A DNA stretch of 62,108 bases, the filler included, from Hausera hauseri (lineage: Eukaryota): NCBI GenBank assembly GCA_046269625.1. It is 11 parts of 11 records of this genome, joined end to end, with 100 filler letters (N's around TTAATTAATTAA, not from the genome) between each part and the next. Parts side by side here need not be neighbours in the genome. Positions count along the whole stretch, not along the records: positions 45,097 to 53,305 come from JBJURY010728767.1; positions 53,406 to 57,396 come from JBJURY010834748.1; positions 57,497 to 62,108 come from JBJURY010504353.1; 8 more parts are not named here. One strand, given 5' to 3'. Positions within the stretch are counted from its first letter, which is position 1. Each line of letters begins with the position of its first letter. Below the pieces are notes generated by a model. That model was not told the origin of the DNA and did not search any database. It saw only the letters and a list, made by a program, of their open reading frames with translations. Positions 49,213 through 62,108 of this stretch are shown here, in pieces. The position numbers were made by a program, and so were the translations under genes.

Positions 49213-51467
49213 CTACCGGCGCGGGGTTGACGCCCGGGGCCCTCGCCCCACCGGGATGGCTCCAAACTGCGGGGTAACCGAAATTTCCCTCAAAGGGCCG
49301 TTAATTATTTCCACAGGGGGACCGGTGAACTGCGTTTTGGGATCTGGTGAGTATAGCGGTTTGAGTTCTCGTATGTCGGCATTGGCGATGCTGTCTGAAT
49401 CTTTGCACAACGGGGGGTTTTTTGAATTACATACGTTTAGTGTTTTAAGCGCGTGAGTAATCGCTTTGACTTTTTTCGGTATTATTGACGGTCTTTGATT
49501 TGTAACAACGGGGTGCTCTACATCGTTACGATAAGAAGAATTGATAACGAGGGTTGACTTATGAATGTATTTAAATTCCCTGTGTTGATCAAAAAGCGTG
49601 CCGTAAATGACACTAGCGGTACCTTCGGTCCGGATGAAAAATCTCGATAAAATATTCAAATGTAGAAAGTAATAGGGTATAAGCAAAAATAATCTTGGTA
49701 TAAAGTGTAATTTGAAAATGTACGTACCTGGGTATGTGTTGCACGTAGCTAACGGGAGGACCGAACCGGACGACGTTAATGAATGGTCGGCGAATTGCGG
49801 TGTCAGCGACCCACTGAGATGTACATCGGTTTTTTTGATATGGGTATAGGACTGTATAAAGTGACTTGTTGTGAAACCTGAGGTCATAGGAGCGGTATGG
49901 ACACTGAGCAAAATAGGAAATAAGACTTTAGCAATGTCGTGTGATACAAATTGAGACAAACGACTAAAACTATTGGAAACAATCCGGAAAAGGAGTGAAG
50001 CCAGTGATAAATCGCAATTTGAAGATGTAGTGATAAGTTGGGTAACTTGTATATACGAATCGGAGCTGGATAAGAGACATGTCTGGTGGAAAAAAATAAC
50101 TTCCAAAAAAAAGCGGCTTGTTTATGATGGTTCAACAAGGGTCTAAAACGCTTCGTTGTCGTTTCGTTACGTTTGGGTTGCATGAGTGTTAGGTTATTTT
50201 GTTCGGCAATTCGGAATAGCTCATTAACATCACATTTGAGTGGATGTTTGACAGGAAAACTGCAGTTCTGTTTGCGAATTGATCGTGGAAAGTCGGGATA
50301 GTGATGGAGTGGAGTAACGTGAAGACATCCACTATGTAAATTTGTTGATTCAAGATTTGTGTTATTTGTTCTTAGGGGTGGAAATTCTATCAGTAATAGC
50401 TGTTTGTAAAAAAGAACTCGTGTCTCATAATTGAGAAAATTTTTTAAACTATAATCTTTTTGTACGATCGAATTCATAATTAAATAGTTAAAATCGCCTT
50501 TGACTAGTTTGATTGGAACCATAAGTTGTTGATGGATAGCATGTATGTTGTTGATGGACTCATTGCTATTCGACATGTTTTGAACTAAGTGCGTAGTGCC
50601 ATTGGTTTTATTGTTGTATGGCGTCTTTGTAAAATATTTGGCTGCGAGACCATGAATTGTCATTTCCACTAAACGTAGGTTGGGTGTCTGGTTGCATTTT
50701 AAGTTTAATATAGATTGAAGAATATCCTGATGGTCCTGGACTACGACAGCACAGTTATACCAAGACGCTATCTTAAGATTAGCCATTTTCACTTCTGCAG
50801 CGATAACTTTCATTGACTGCATTATCCAATATCGATTCCATAAAGTGTTGAGAGTTGCTTTGTCTGGTGGTGATTTAGAATACGGTGCCGCGGGTGAATA
50901 ATATCGTTTGGAATTTGCGCCGGAGTCTGCGAATTTGTTAAGTGGAATTAAATAGCATTCGCATGGGCGACGAATATGTATAGTCGTTTTAAATAAAGCG
51001 GCGGCGTTAATTTGTATATACTTAAAGTAATCTGCATCTTTTGCCCGTGATTTCGATGTAATTATATGATTGCAGAAAGCAATGTCATGACGAAAAGGTT
51101 CATAACTGACGGTAAAGGTATCTTCTAATTCATCTTCATTGTTTTCGGCGTCTGAAACATATGCATGAATCTTGCATAGATTGCTAAGTGTTTCCAAAAT
51201 GATTATGTGAATCTCCGTATCCGGCAAATTTATTTTATATTTGCCAAATTTCGTCACTCGTGACGTTTGAGAGGAAACGCCAATCTGAAAAATGCCATGT
51301 GTCCTCGGTATATTTTTAAGGTCTGACGATAAAAACTTATCGGCCGTATAATTAACGAGCTGTTTACGAAAATTCGCAGAAATAATGTCTTTTTTAATTA
51401 AATCAGTAACACTTCCTAGGATAACGAAAATGGTATGTAAACTTTGTTGGTGTTGTTCAAAATTCAT
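49213..51467 (-). CDS. Unknown protein; 527-aa and 297-aa ORFs, probably one gene of about 750 aa broken at the A-runs near 50090-50112
   Basis: Long open frames in AT-rich DNA, overlapping at homopolymers. Ends inside the family A leader, overlapping the PBS-like motif. No recognisable domain. Confidence 0.5.
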
Positions 51468-52329
51468 TACATTACCGATAGTAGAAAGAAATGTTACCTC
51501 GGCGAAAATTTTCTGACACCATTAATTGGTTTTTCCAATGTTTACGTAAGGGATCACCCACATAATTCGTATCAACTGAAGAATCTCAGACTTTTCTTCC
51601 GATATACTTTCGCTAATTATCAATCAAAAATTTCTTCGTAGTCGGTACGAAAATCTTTAAAAACCAAATCGAATCACTAATAAATCAAAACAATGATTTA
51701 TAATATCTGAGTAAAAAAATGCAATATGGCGTAATAGAACGAAACTCTTCAAAAACCTTTTTATTGCCAAATTCTGTACAGTGTCATTTGTTCAGTAAAA
51801 CAACTTTTGAAAAATCAAGCCAAAGGAAACAATAAAAAACTATATAGTTCACAATGTTAGGCACTAATTACTCATGGGTAAATTGGAACAGAAAGGCTTC
51901 TATAATACAGCAGTCTTCTTTTGATTGATTGATTGATTACTTCGCAACAGAATAGAGTGAATAACCAGACATGTTTCTAAACAGTCGAAAACTATTATTG
52001 CTGGACAATTATCGCGATATCCTGGGAGAATGTTCTGTATAAAACTCCAAGCGGTGCTTAAAATAAAATAAATGACTGTCAAAGCGGTAAAGATAATTAA
52101 AGTTCCTTTTGTGTGGGTACAACCATCGAAAGCAAATGACGGAACCAAGCTCAAAATGGGGCAATTCTTCATATTGAGGTTTTAATGTGAAAGTGAATGG
52201 ATTTGTATCTGTACATCTGAATAGTGAATATAAAAGTGACTGATATTACAAAGTAAAGGGTTTCTTGTGACTGAAGGCTGGTCGGTAGATGTGTAAGTAC
52301 GGTTCGTGATTGCATGGAATGCGACTTTC

Positions 52330-53305
52330 GAAACCCTTAAGGCGAAAGATCGGAGCCCGCCTATGGGACCGACACGGCGGTGACGAACGCCCGGCCGCGC
52401 CCAACCGATGGGCCAGAGGGCGCGAACCGCAACGGGCACCACACCACCCCCCGTAGCAAAATGCAAACTATAAAGCGTAAAAAACGAAAGGAGGGAGAAC
52501 GCGAAACGGTAAAATGTGCCTATGAAGGTATATGTTGAGATTGTTGTATGCCCTGTTGACTTTAGAATTGTGTGTTACGGAACCTTACTGTTTTCTTGTG
52601 TGGTGTGTGTGCCTTATCTGATTGTGGAGAAAGTTGTGGTAAAACGAATGTTGAATTTTGGGATGTGTTGTGTGATACTGGGGAAGAAAGACAAGGGGAT
52701 GGAGAAAAAGAAGTGTAAGTGGTAGTGGGGGCGAAAGTAGAGATGACAGAGTCAGTGAAGGAAGGTGGTAAAAGTGAAGAAGTTGAAGGTGGGAGTGTAG
52801 ACGATTGTAAGAAAGTGAGTTGAGAAGGGTTGTGAAAATGGAAATCTGAAAGTGTGTGAAAGGTTGGAGTTAGAGCGTTGTAGGAAGATGAAGAAGATAA
52901 GTTGAAAAAGACGGGAGAAATTTGATGTTTTGATAGAAGATGGTGAGGAAGTGGGTTAAAAAATTGGACCGAAATGGGAGGTGGGGAGGTTGGTGAAGTG
53001 GTTGGAAGGATATGTGAAGTAGTGAAAGGTGGTGAAGATTGAGGTGTAACGGCTGGTTGAGTGGTTTCCTGTGAGACTTGGCAGTCAGGTAGAGTAGGAG
53101 TGTTCGAGAGAGTTGGTAAAGAATTTGTTTCAGTTGGTGTGTTATCGTCAATAAAGAAAGCTGGTTTTATATTAGTAATATTGACTGATTGTTCTTTATT
53201 ATCCTTAAGAATGATGGCGTGATGAGAATGAAGTGAAAGTAGTTTATAGGGGCCGGTGTACCGCGGCTGAAAACCGACCGGAGTTTGATTTTTTAACCAA
53301 ACGAA
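52330..53305 (-). mobile_element. 3' end of another family A element: integrase tail, S/P-rich region, PPT and LTR start at 52443
   Basis: VWLKNQTPVGFQPRYTGPYKL-like segment; gctacggggggtgg then TGTGGTGCCC, matching 17200-17279. Confidence 0.85.
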
Positions 53306-53405
53306 NNNNNNNNNNNNNNNNNNNNNNNNNNNNNNNNNNNNNNNNNNNNTTAATTAATTAANNNNNNNNNNNNNNNNNNNNNNNNNNNNNNNNNNNNNNN
53401 NNNNN

Positions 53406-56400
53406 CGTCTTGATGGGTAGGATCTTCTGTATCGGAATTGTGATAACCGAATGCGGGTTTTATCTTCGACGAGTGGACTATATGTTCAGCGTTGTCGCGT
53501 TATATTTTGGCGTTGTGCTCAGTGATTTATATAAGCTTGTAGGGGCCCGTGTAATATAATTCAAAATTGTGTCTTTGTTGGCTTTTGAGCCAGACAAAGG
53601 ATGCATCTCATAGGTTCTTGGGAATTATTGGTTTTTTGTGAGTGTTGTGGAATGCAGGGTTTGTGTCTATTGAAAGAAAATGCTTTCGAGCTTAGTTGAC
53701 AGCAGGGATTAAAGTTACTTCCTCGTTGCTCACCAGATCTTGCGGGAATGTGAGGTGGGCACCAAAGAATAGTTGTGCCGGAGAGGCATCAGTGCTAATG
53801 TTTGGAGTGTTTCTCCACCTTAATAGCACAATGGGTAATGCATCCAGCCAGTTCTTGTTATCGTGGCATAAGATTGGTAGCGATGATTTAAGTGTACGAT
53901 AACATCGTTCAATCAAGCCATTTGCCTGCGGGTGATGCGTGTATGCGCTTTGAACCAAGCGATGTGATTAATTGGGCGCACATGGCTGATTCGAATTGGG
54001 TCCCTTGATCTGTTATAATGTTTTTAGGTACTCCAAACCGAGAAATCCATATATTTAGCAGTACAGTCACAACGCTTTGCGTTGTTATTTGGCGGATTGG
54101 AATGGCTTCGGGCCATATTGTTTTCCGGTCGAGAATGGTTAGGATGTACTGATATCCGTTACATTCGGGAAGTGGTCCTACTATATCAATGTGGATGGTT
54201 TCAAAACGTCAGCCAGTACGATAGTGTAGGATTGGGGGTTGTATGGTCTTGTTGACTTTGTACTATTCGCAAAGTCAACATTCTTTTGTCCACTGCTTTA
54301 TGTCGCTGAGCAATCGAGGCCAACAAACACTACTGCTTAATAGGCGAGTGTGGCTTTTGATCTAATGTGATGGATGTTGTGTAGGGTGTCAAATGCCTGT
54401 TTTTGTATGTTTGCTGCCAGAATTGGACGTGGACAACCACTGAGGATGGTGTTGTAGTGTATTCCATCTTTAGTGTCGATTGTTTTGAAGAACGTAACAT
54501 CGTCTTCATGTGGAGCGTTCGATCGAAGAACCCCTTCTGTAAAAATTGGGTTGAAAGATATCGTCGATATCCCCTTTCTGGAAAAGAAATCAGCAACTGT
54601 TTTATCTTTTCCGGTTATGTGCTCTATATGGAATGAGAATTCCGACAGAAATGAAATGTGCCGCTCTTGACGAGGAGATGGGTTCTTCATACTCATCATG
54701 TGAATGAGTGGCTTATGCTCCGTGCGGATTGTGAACACATTCCCTTCGAGGAAATGTCAAAAGTGTTTGACACTGAGGATTATGGCTAGTAATTCTCGGT
54801 CAAAGATTGAATAGCGTTGCTCAGTCAAATTGAATTTGTGGGAAAAGAATTCAATGGGAGCATTTTTGCTATCGATTGATTGGGCAAGCATGGCTCCTGT
54901 AGCGATTGTGGATGCATCAGTTGTTAAGATAAACGGTGCATCTCGTTTAAGATAGTGTAGTGTAGGTATGTAAAGAAGCGCCATTTTTGCATTGGCAAAT
55001 GCCTGTTCAGCCTAATCTGTCCAGTTTACGTGGGATTTCTTGGGTCCTTGGCTTAGAGCAGATAGAGGTGACAATATTTCCGAGAAATGCGGAATGTAGC
55101 GATGGCAGAAATTGATCGTGCCAAGGAAGCTGTGACGTCCAATAACTGTGGATGGCTTCGGTATTTGTTTGATGGTTTCTAGTCGCTCAGGAAGTGGACC
55201 GTGATCATGTGGTGTTAATCAAAGTCCGAGAAATACGGCTTCACTTTTAAAGAATGAACATTTGTTTATGTTCAGCTGTAGCTTGTTTTCATTCAACATA
55301 TAAAACACATGTTCGAGATGTGTTTTGTGAGTCGCTTCATCGGGTGATGCAATCAATATGTCATATATGGGATTGCATGAGGCTTGTCGAAGAAGACTTG
55401 GTCTATGTGGCGTTGGTATGTCTGACTTGCATTCCTTAAGCCAAAAGGCATGCGTAGATACTCGACCAAACCAAAAGGCGTTATTACGGCCGTTTTTGGA
55501 ATGTTTTCGGTAGCCACTGGAATCTGGTGGTATGCCCTTTCCAGATAGATTGTGCTGAATATTGCGGCACCATGTTGGTGATGCAATATGTGTGTTTCCA
55601 ACGGTGTTGAATATGAATCGTGGATGGTGACATTATTCAACATTTTATAGTCACCGCAAGGCCGGTATGATCCGTCCTTTTTTGGAACCATGTGCAATGG
55701 TGATGCCTACGGTGATGTGGAGCGGCGTATGATGCCTGTTTTATCGAGGTGTCGGAATTCCGCTTCCGCGACTGCTCTCTTGACAGGGTGAAGCTCCTTC
55801 CGTGGTTGCCAAATCGTTCTTTCACATGATGTGAGGAGAAAGTGTGATGTTTTCACCTCTTTTTGTGTTGGTTGTGCTTATCATTTCAACAGTTTAGGGT
55901 ATTGCGCTTGCAGCAATGGTGCGATGTCAATGGGATTTGCGATTTTGATGTCCGTGATAGCGTTTATGGTTAGTGTGAATGCAGGTGGAGGTAGTGGATT
56001 TCGTCCGCTGGTGAGTTGTTGATTTTGGCAATCAACTGTGAAATCGTAGTGATCTAGGAAGACAGAACCAAGGATTGGTTGCATGACATTGGCCAATATG
56101 AATGACCAAGCGATGGTCGGCCTTGTAGATGAAATTGTAGGTACAGTGTACCTGTGGTTGCCATGCGCGTGCCATTGACAGCTTTGAGCAATGCGTGCGA
56201 GATCAGCGTAGGTCTATCGTATGCGCTAGGTATCAGCAATAAAGCTGCACCAGTGTCGATTAGAAAATCGAGTTGTTTCGAGATGTCAAAGTGTAGTGGC
56301 TTTGCCTCGAGGGTAAAAATAGCATCGACAATGCGTTCGCTATTTGTATACGGCAGTTGTGGTGATTGGGTTTCCAGTCGACGTGCCGTTGGTCGTCTGG

Positions 56401-57396
56401 GCCCATTTTGTTTTTTGATGGCTTGTTTAATTTGCAGCTGAGTCGACAGATTTTTGCGTCTGGACCAAAACGATTGTGATAAATGCAAGTATCTTGCATT
56501 TTTATGTTTGCAGATGGCTTGTCGAATTGACAACCATAGTAACATTTATAGGCGGATTCGCCAAATCGTGTGTAGAAATGAAAAATTTTTGGAAAATTTG
56601 CCTTTCTTTCTCTTGGGGGATTGCCGCCGAGATGACGGTTTGTCCTTGGCTGGTTCGCGTGTCCAGCTGATTTTGCTAAGTCGCCGTGACGGAGTGGATG
56701 TTTTCCGTTGAAGCGGATTCTTCGATGCCTTTAGTGCACTTACATATTTTGCCGGCTTTTGATGCCATATCGTCCAAAGTGGTATCGGGCGGTAATAGCA
56801 CAAGTGCCGCTTAAATTTGGTTGGGCAAACTACTCAGGAAGTAGTGCCGTAGTATGTGCTGATTGCTGTGGAGGTCCAGCTCAGCATTGCTCAAATCTGA
56901 GCGTGACTTTTGAAGCAAGGCAGAAAGTTTCATATTCCCTGTCTGTCGCTTGGTGAAGACCAAGTTAAACTTGTCCTGCTGGGACGGCAAATATGCTTTG
57001 CATATGGCTGCTTTGATTTTGTCAAACGGTTTTTTATCTGACAATAGCGTGTCTAGATCCGTTATGGCTGCGAGCGTTGTTGGATGCAAGTATTGAATGA
57101 GTGTTAAAGCCTTGTTTAGTTGGCCGGTGATGCTGCATTGAGTAGCCCATGTTTCAAACACATGGAACTACTTTAATGGCGTTCCGTCCGAACCTATGAA
57201 GAAGGTTGGACATGCTAGTTTAGGCGGTTTGGCCTGTCTTTCTATCAGGCGTTAGGTTGTCTACTCCTCCTTTTAGTTTCGGAGTCACCAGTATAGTAGT
57301 GTTTGCAGTGAATATTGCGCTGATTGCGCAATTATTCTTGCGTAATAATTTTCCATTATAGGAAAATGTATGCTCGGGATATTGTTGGTTTAAAGC
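53406..57396 (-). mobile_element. Ty3/Gypsy CsRN1-type family B, decayed (5' LTR end, PBS, gag, pol)
   Basis: PBS TGGTGACTCCG (tRNA-Trp-like) at 57280-57290; gag with CHCC (CIYHNRFGPDAKICRLSC), FLIDTGA, PKKDGSYRPCGDY, LTTDAS, HPQANGLIER, GPY. Many stops; no UBL domain seen. Confidence 0.9.
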
Positions 57397-58324
57397 NNNN
57401 NNNNNNNNNNNNNNNNNNNNNNNNNNNNNNNNNNNNNNNNTTAATTAATTAANNNNNNNNNNNNNNNNNNNNNNNNNNNNNNNNNNNNNNNNNNNNATTA
57501 ATCTTTGGAGATTGTTGGTCCTATGGAGTGTCCGAAGGCCAATTTGATGGCGTTTGATTATGTTCTCGGGTTCATGTACGAAAACCCATTAGGTGGTTGT
57601 CAGATAAGGATTTTAATTTCCGGACCTATGTGGAAACCCAAACGTCAATTTGTTTATCGTTCCAGATTTGATTAAGGATAATGGTCGTCCAAAATACTAT
57701 ATAAACTGCGTCCAAGCGACCATTTTATTATTTACATTATTTTCGCGACAAACAAATTTTTTTGCAATGATCATAGCGAGGAATGCAAACGTTTTTACGA
57801 AAATTCCGACTTTTACAGTTCTTGGGCATTCAACAATTAACAAAGGAAATCTTGATCTATTATAAGGTAAGTTTTATCTGTTTTAAACATTTAATATAGT
57901 TTTAACTAAGATCATTACAGCTGAAGATAACTCAAGGAAACCATGAACCAAGGTTATGGAAATCCCCAGGAGAAACAAAGTACAGGAGAAACAATTGGTA
58001 AGGAAGCAAAGTTTTTCTAAATATTATGTTAGGCAGCTTCATTATTTGTTTATGTTTTATTATTAAGTTTTATTTCAAAATTTGGTAATTTTGTTTGGGT
58101 TTTTTTTATACCAACCGAAGGGCTCTTTTAAAGGGAATGTGTTGTAGAAGAAGATCCATGGTTTTATTAAATTATTTAGGTGCAGGCTATCCTTGAGGTA
58201 GCTAACCACTCCACGAACCTACACAGGAAAACATTGCATCAGCGCAACTTCCATGAATAAAATGATATTGGACAATGAAAACAATTTTTGCACACTTTCA
58301 CACATGGTTTTGCATTGCCCACCA

Positions 58325-58949
58325 CGATCAATTCCATCAATCCTACGCTGCACAACTGCAAAAGCGTGCAAAGTGAAAAAGTGACCTGGCAACCGTATCC
58401 AAGAGCACACCAATATCGAGTTTTGCACTGATCGAAAGTACATCATGTACTGCACATGCCAGAATATGTGCCATATTGATATTATTGATTTAAAATTTAT
58501 ATCGAAAAGGCATGTGGCGGTTCGATCCCACTTGCGAATTATTCAAAAACCAATCAATATATTTAAATTCTAAATGCACATTCACATAGCGCATCATGTG
58601 TGCTACCGATTTCACCCGGTGCCAAGTGCTAATTATCAATATTGGGAATAATGGAAATTGGATATTATTGATTTTGGAACACTTGCACATGTTCTGCACA
58701 CCTTCGCTGTGCACCAATCTATGCAAACTGATGTGCGCTATCGATTAGCACTTTGTCCCGATCGATTTGATCAATACTGCACTGTGCAGCGATCGATTTG
58801 TGAAAAGTGCTAAAGCGTGCCTAGCAACGGTGCCTAGTGGTGCCGTCGCTTAGCACTCTATGGATCGATAGTGCTCCATGTGCACTATCGATTGGCACAT
58901 GTGCAGTATCGATTCCTGGGGGGACCGAACCGCCATTTTCCCCCTACTG
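58325..58949 (-). repeat. Palindrome-rich dispersed repeat, copy 3
   Basis: Terminus gaaccgccattttccccctactg; homologous to 8007-8635. Confidence 0.82.
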
Positions 58950-59357
58950 ATGGATATTTATTAGGTGGACAAAACATCAATAAAACATAATTATTCAAAT
59001 ATTAATGGTCAGAGGAAAGGGCAAAAATTTTGTCAATTCACAAAATTCTTCTGCGTGTCATGAAAAAAATTGAAGTGCAAAATGACGTAACAATTAGAAA
59101 CCCTTTTTGCATAATCTTAACTTTGTTTGCAAAAATTATTTTTATATTCTTAATCAACATAAAATTTTATACTTATTGAAGCAGTAAAACTTTTAAAACT
59201 GACTAGCAGTAAGGCGCTGTTCCTTGTTAGTAATTATGAAAGCAGTCTGACAGTCTTACCACACCATCAGCAATAATGTACTTTAAAGTAGACACGCGTC
59301 AATTACACTTTATCTACATCATTTGGTTGGCCTTGCTCATTTATTTTCATGAAAGTA

Positions 59358-60919
59358 CCATATTTTAGCGTGTATAGTGTGAACCATACTTTTTAGCTCG
59401 ACATTTTTAAAAACACTTTTTTGACATTGCCACACTTTATTCATCGTAATAACCAGGAATAACCATAATCGCAGTCCCTGTTAACAAAATTTACGTGATT
59501 GGCAAAAAAGATCAACAACATCATTAACATCTGATTCATCTTCACTTTCTTCGCAGATCTTGTGATTTTCAGTTCCATCCAGAGAATTTGAGATTGATGT
59601 CTTTCCTAATTCTTTTGCAGGTATGAAGAACCCATTCACAGACCTGTGCAATGCTTGCTGGTCTGAATTTCCCTATTACTGTAACGCTTTGACTTTCTTT
59701 GTTCATCATCCAACTGTTCCACTCATTTCGAATTGCTTACTTAAATGGCTTGTTGATGCACACATCAAGAGGTTTCAGCTGTGATATAAGGACTCCTGGA
59801 ATGACAGTTACATGTGTCTTCATGTCTGCACCAATTCGTTTTGTTCTTTCAGTCAGGTGAACCCTGAACTGATCAAAGACCGAAAGTGATTCCTTTTTCA
59901 ACAGTCCCCTTTGTCGTTTTCCCCAAATCTTCTCAAAATACAGTTTTATCCCTTCTTCATCCATCCAACTTTTCTCGTAGCAATGAACTAGTACTCCGGG
60001 TGAGATATGCTTTGGCAGAGTTTTTCTCTTGAAGATCAACATGGGTGGCAGCTTTGTTCCATATGCCAAAGCAGTCAGAACTGCTTTGAAATGATTCTTT
60101 TCGTTTCCTGATGTCTTGTTTGAAACTTCCTTTTCTCCTTTCTGATGGACAGCGGAAACTGGAAGTTCTACCCGAACTGAATCACATACTTCTGTAATAC
60201 CAAAATCTTGCTTTCATATTCTTTTGACATCTTCTGAGCCAGTTTGGTTCTTGTGTGCATTGATAGCCCTTGTCTCTTCATGAACGTAAAGACCCAGTTA
60301 AGAGTGCCAGTTAAATCGACATTGTTCTTATCAACTGCCATACTTCTTGCCTCAGAGAGAACCATTATCGTTGAAACAGCAAGCCCACTGCTCCGCTGAT
60401 CGTTGATAGCCTTGAGATCTTCTTCTAACTTTGGCCACTTTGCACTCTTTCCTCGGCAAGCTTTTTTTATTCTTAGTATCGTTTTAAGCTTGTCTTCTTC
60501 TCTTTGTCAGGCCCGAATTGCACTCTCAGTTGGTCCATACTCTCTTTCTGCGGCTCTGTTTCCATTTGTCTTGGCAAATTCAATGACTATCAATTTGAAA
60601 CCAGCAGTGTAGGACATTCGTTCTACAGAGTTATGAACTATTATAAATAATTTTATGCACTATTATAAATAAAGTATACTTAGAATAGGCACAAATACTT
60701 ATAGACGGAATATATATATATATATATAGAATATTTTATTATAATCAATAATCTAATTATTATAAATAATATAGATACAAATAGGCTATACAAAAAACAT
60801 GACTGGTTTATGCATGAGATGGTATTATCCTAGTGTTACTATACGTGTATAATATGCACCCAAGTTTTGGAGTTCAAAAAATTCGAAAAAAGGTGAGCAC
60901 TATACAAACTAAAATACGG
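59358..60919 (-). mobile_element. pogo-family (Tc1/mariner) DNA transposon, internally deleted and decayed
   Basis: TIRs TA|CCATATTTTAGCGTGTATAGTG and CACTATACAAACTAAAATACGG|TA with TA TSD; Brinker-like YTAGFKL..GNRAAER, CENP-B HTH FMKRQGLS, DDE_1 GTKLPPMLIFK, WMD, DQFRVH, LKPLDVCINKPFK. Confidence 0.92.
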
Positions 60920-62108
60920 TATTTAAGATCCACAAGAAAGGCATGTTGAATCGAACAACAAGTCCGCTAATTACCCGAAACTAAAGTTATAATTCGACGA
61001 CTTTCGGAAAATGCTTTCTGCAAATCCCGAACATTTTCAGGTTCAATAATAGGAATCTGTATCTAAAAGCACACATTATTTGTATGTGTCAATTAACGAC
61101 AAACAATTTTTTTCGAACTTTCGCATTCGTGGTATGTCATGGAGATATTTGTTAATTCAAGAAGACTTTTAATCCACATTTGATCTTTATAATAATGCGT
61201 GGTATTTAGAACATGTATCGTTATGAAATATTCGTTACCATTTTGATTTTTAATAGGGTCTTTCACATTTGTCCTCCACTTTTGTATAAATTTCACTTTT
61301 TCTGGCATACTGAAAAGACAATGGAAAGTATCGCAGTGGAAAAAGTTTATACTTCACGATTTGACAATTAGTTTTATTACCATGTGTATGTTCTGTATCA
61401 CCGTCGAATATCTAAATTGAAATCGAAGAGTGTGAAAATAATGTGAAGCGGAAAACTAAGTTTGAACTCTAAATTTCATTCAACAATTCCCAAGAGATGA
61501 TCAAATTAAAATCCAAACAGAATGAAAATAATTTAAAAATGGGTCCAACATGGCGGTCATATCGTAGGAAATGAAAAGCAAATTATTCAAGAAAAACATT
61601 TGTAATTTGCCATATGCAATACCTACTGGAAACAAAAGCTATTTGTACTGGTGAAAAAGGAAGCAATTATTGACTCAGCGTTGAAGACAAAAGAAATCAT
61701 GCTTTTGTCGGAATTTACTCCAGCCANNNNNNNNNNTATAATGAATCTTTGATTAGCACATATAAAGGAGGAAGTAATGCAGATTTCAATAGGTAATGGC
61801 GTCTAGAAACAAAGAGTTCCGAAGACAATTAAGAGTTTTAATGATGTGAAAAGCTTTAAGGTTCGAAAACGAAGCGGAAAAGTGAGAATATTAAAAGAGA
61901 TTCTTAAAAGGGCTGAAAGCAGCAGCTGGTAAGAGAATAAGCCATTTAAGAAAGAAGTGTTCGACAAATTGACAAGACAGATCTGGATGTGAAAAGATAC
62001 ATGAGCAAAGATGCCAAACTTTGCTATGGTGCTTTAAAAACGGCGCCATACGTTGACTGTCTACGAAAATTGCAGAATATCAAAAAACTAACGAGCGTGT
62101 TAGATCGG

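Noticed and set aside
60930-62108. Possible coding remnants at the window end (also 57497-57870)
   Set aside because: Short or stop-riddled frames with no identifiable motif.
1-62108. CRISPR arrays, rRNA, tRNA or prokaryotic operons
   Set aside because: None seen; content is eukaryotic (U2 snRNA, spliceosomal intron, eukaryotic SECIS, metazoan transposons).

Overview
Eukaryotic (invertebrate-animal-like) DNA, not one locus. It is 11 unplaced contigs joined by ten artificial 100-nt spacers (N44-TTAATTAATTAA-N44), so adjacency across spacers has no biological meaning. The window is mostly mobile DNA: (1) a decayed Polinton/Maverick (adintovirus-like) segment with packaging ATPase, core-like peptides, integrase, two penton-like genes and, unexpectedly, a divergent two-repeat TATA-binding-protein-like ORF missing from the ORF track, with the 8-mer TATAAACA ahead of the structural genes; (2) a Ty3/Gypsy CsRN1-type family, seen in three contigs, whose Gag is preceded in frame by a ubiquitin-like domain ending HFRIRGG, with inverted terminal repeats, a variant tRNA-Trp PBS and a possible extra cargo ORF; (3) an intact Keno-like Tx1/L1 element in a U2 snRNA array, in tandem with a diverged relative; (4) a probable ~5.4-kb tandem unit encoding a Ulp1-type protease, with a perfect 8-pentamer heat-shock element upstream of one copy; (5) BEL/Pao, a second Gypsy family, pogo and CxxH-DDE transposon remnants and a palindrome-rich dispersed repeat. 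Host genes: SELENOF (UGA-Sec, SECIS, 44-nt intron) and a pseudogenised cbEGF-repeat exon. All calls come from manual motif recognition; no database searches were run.
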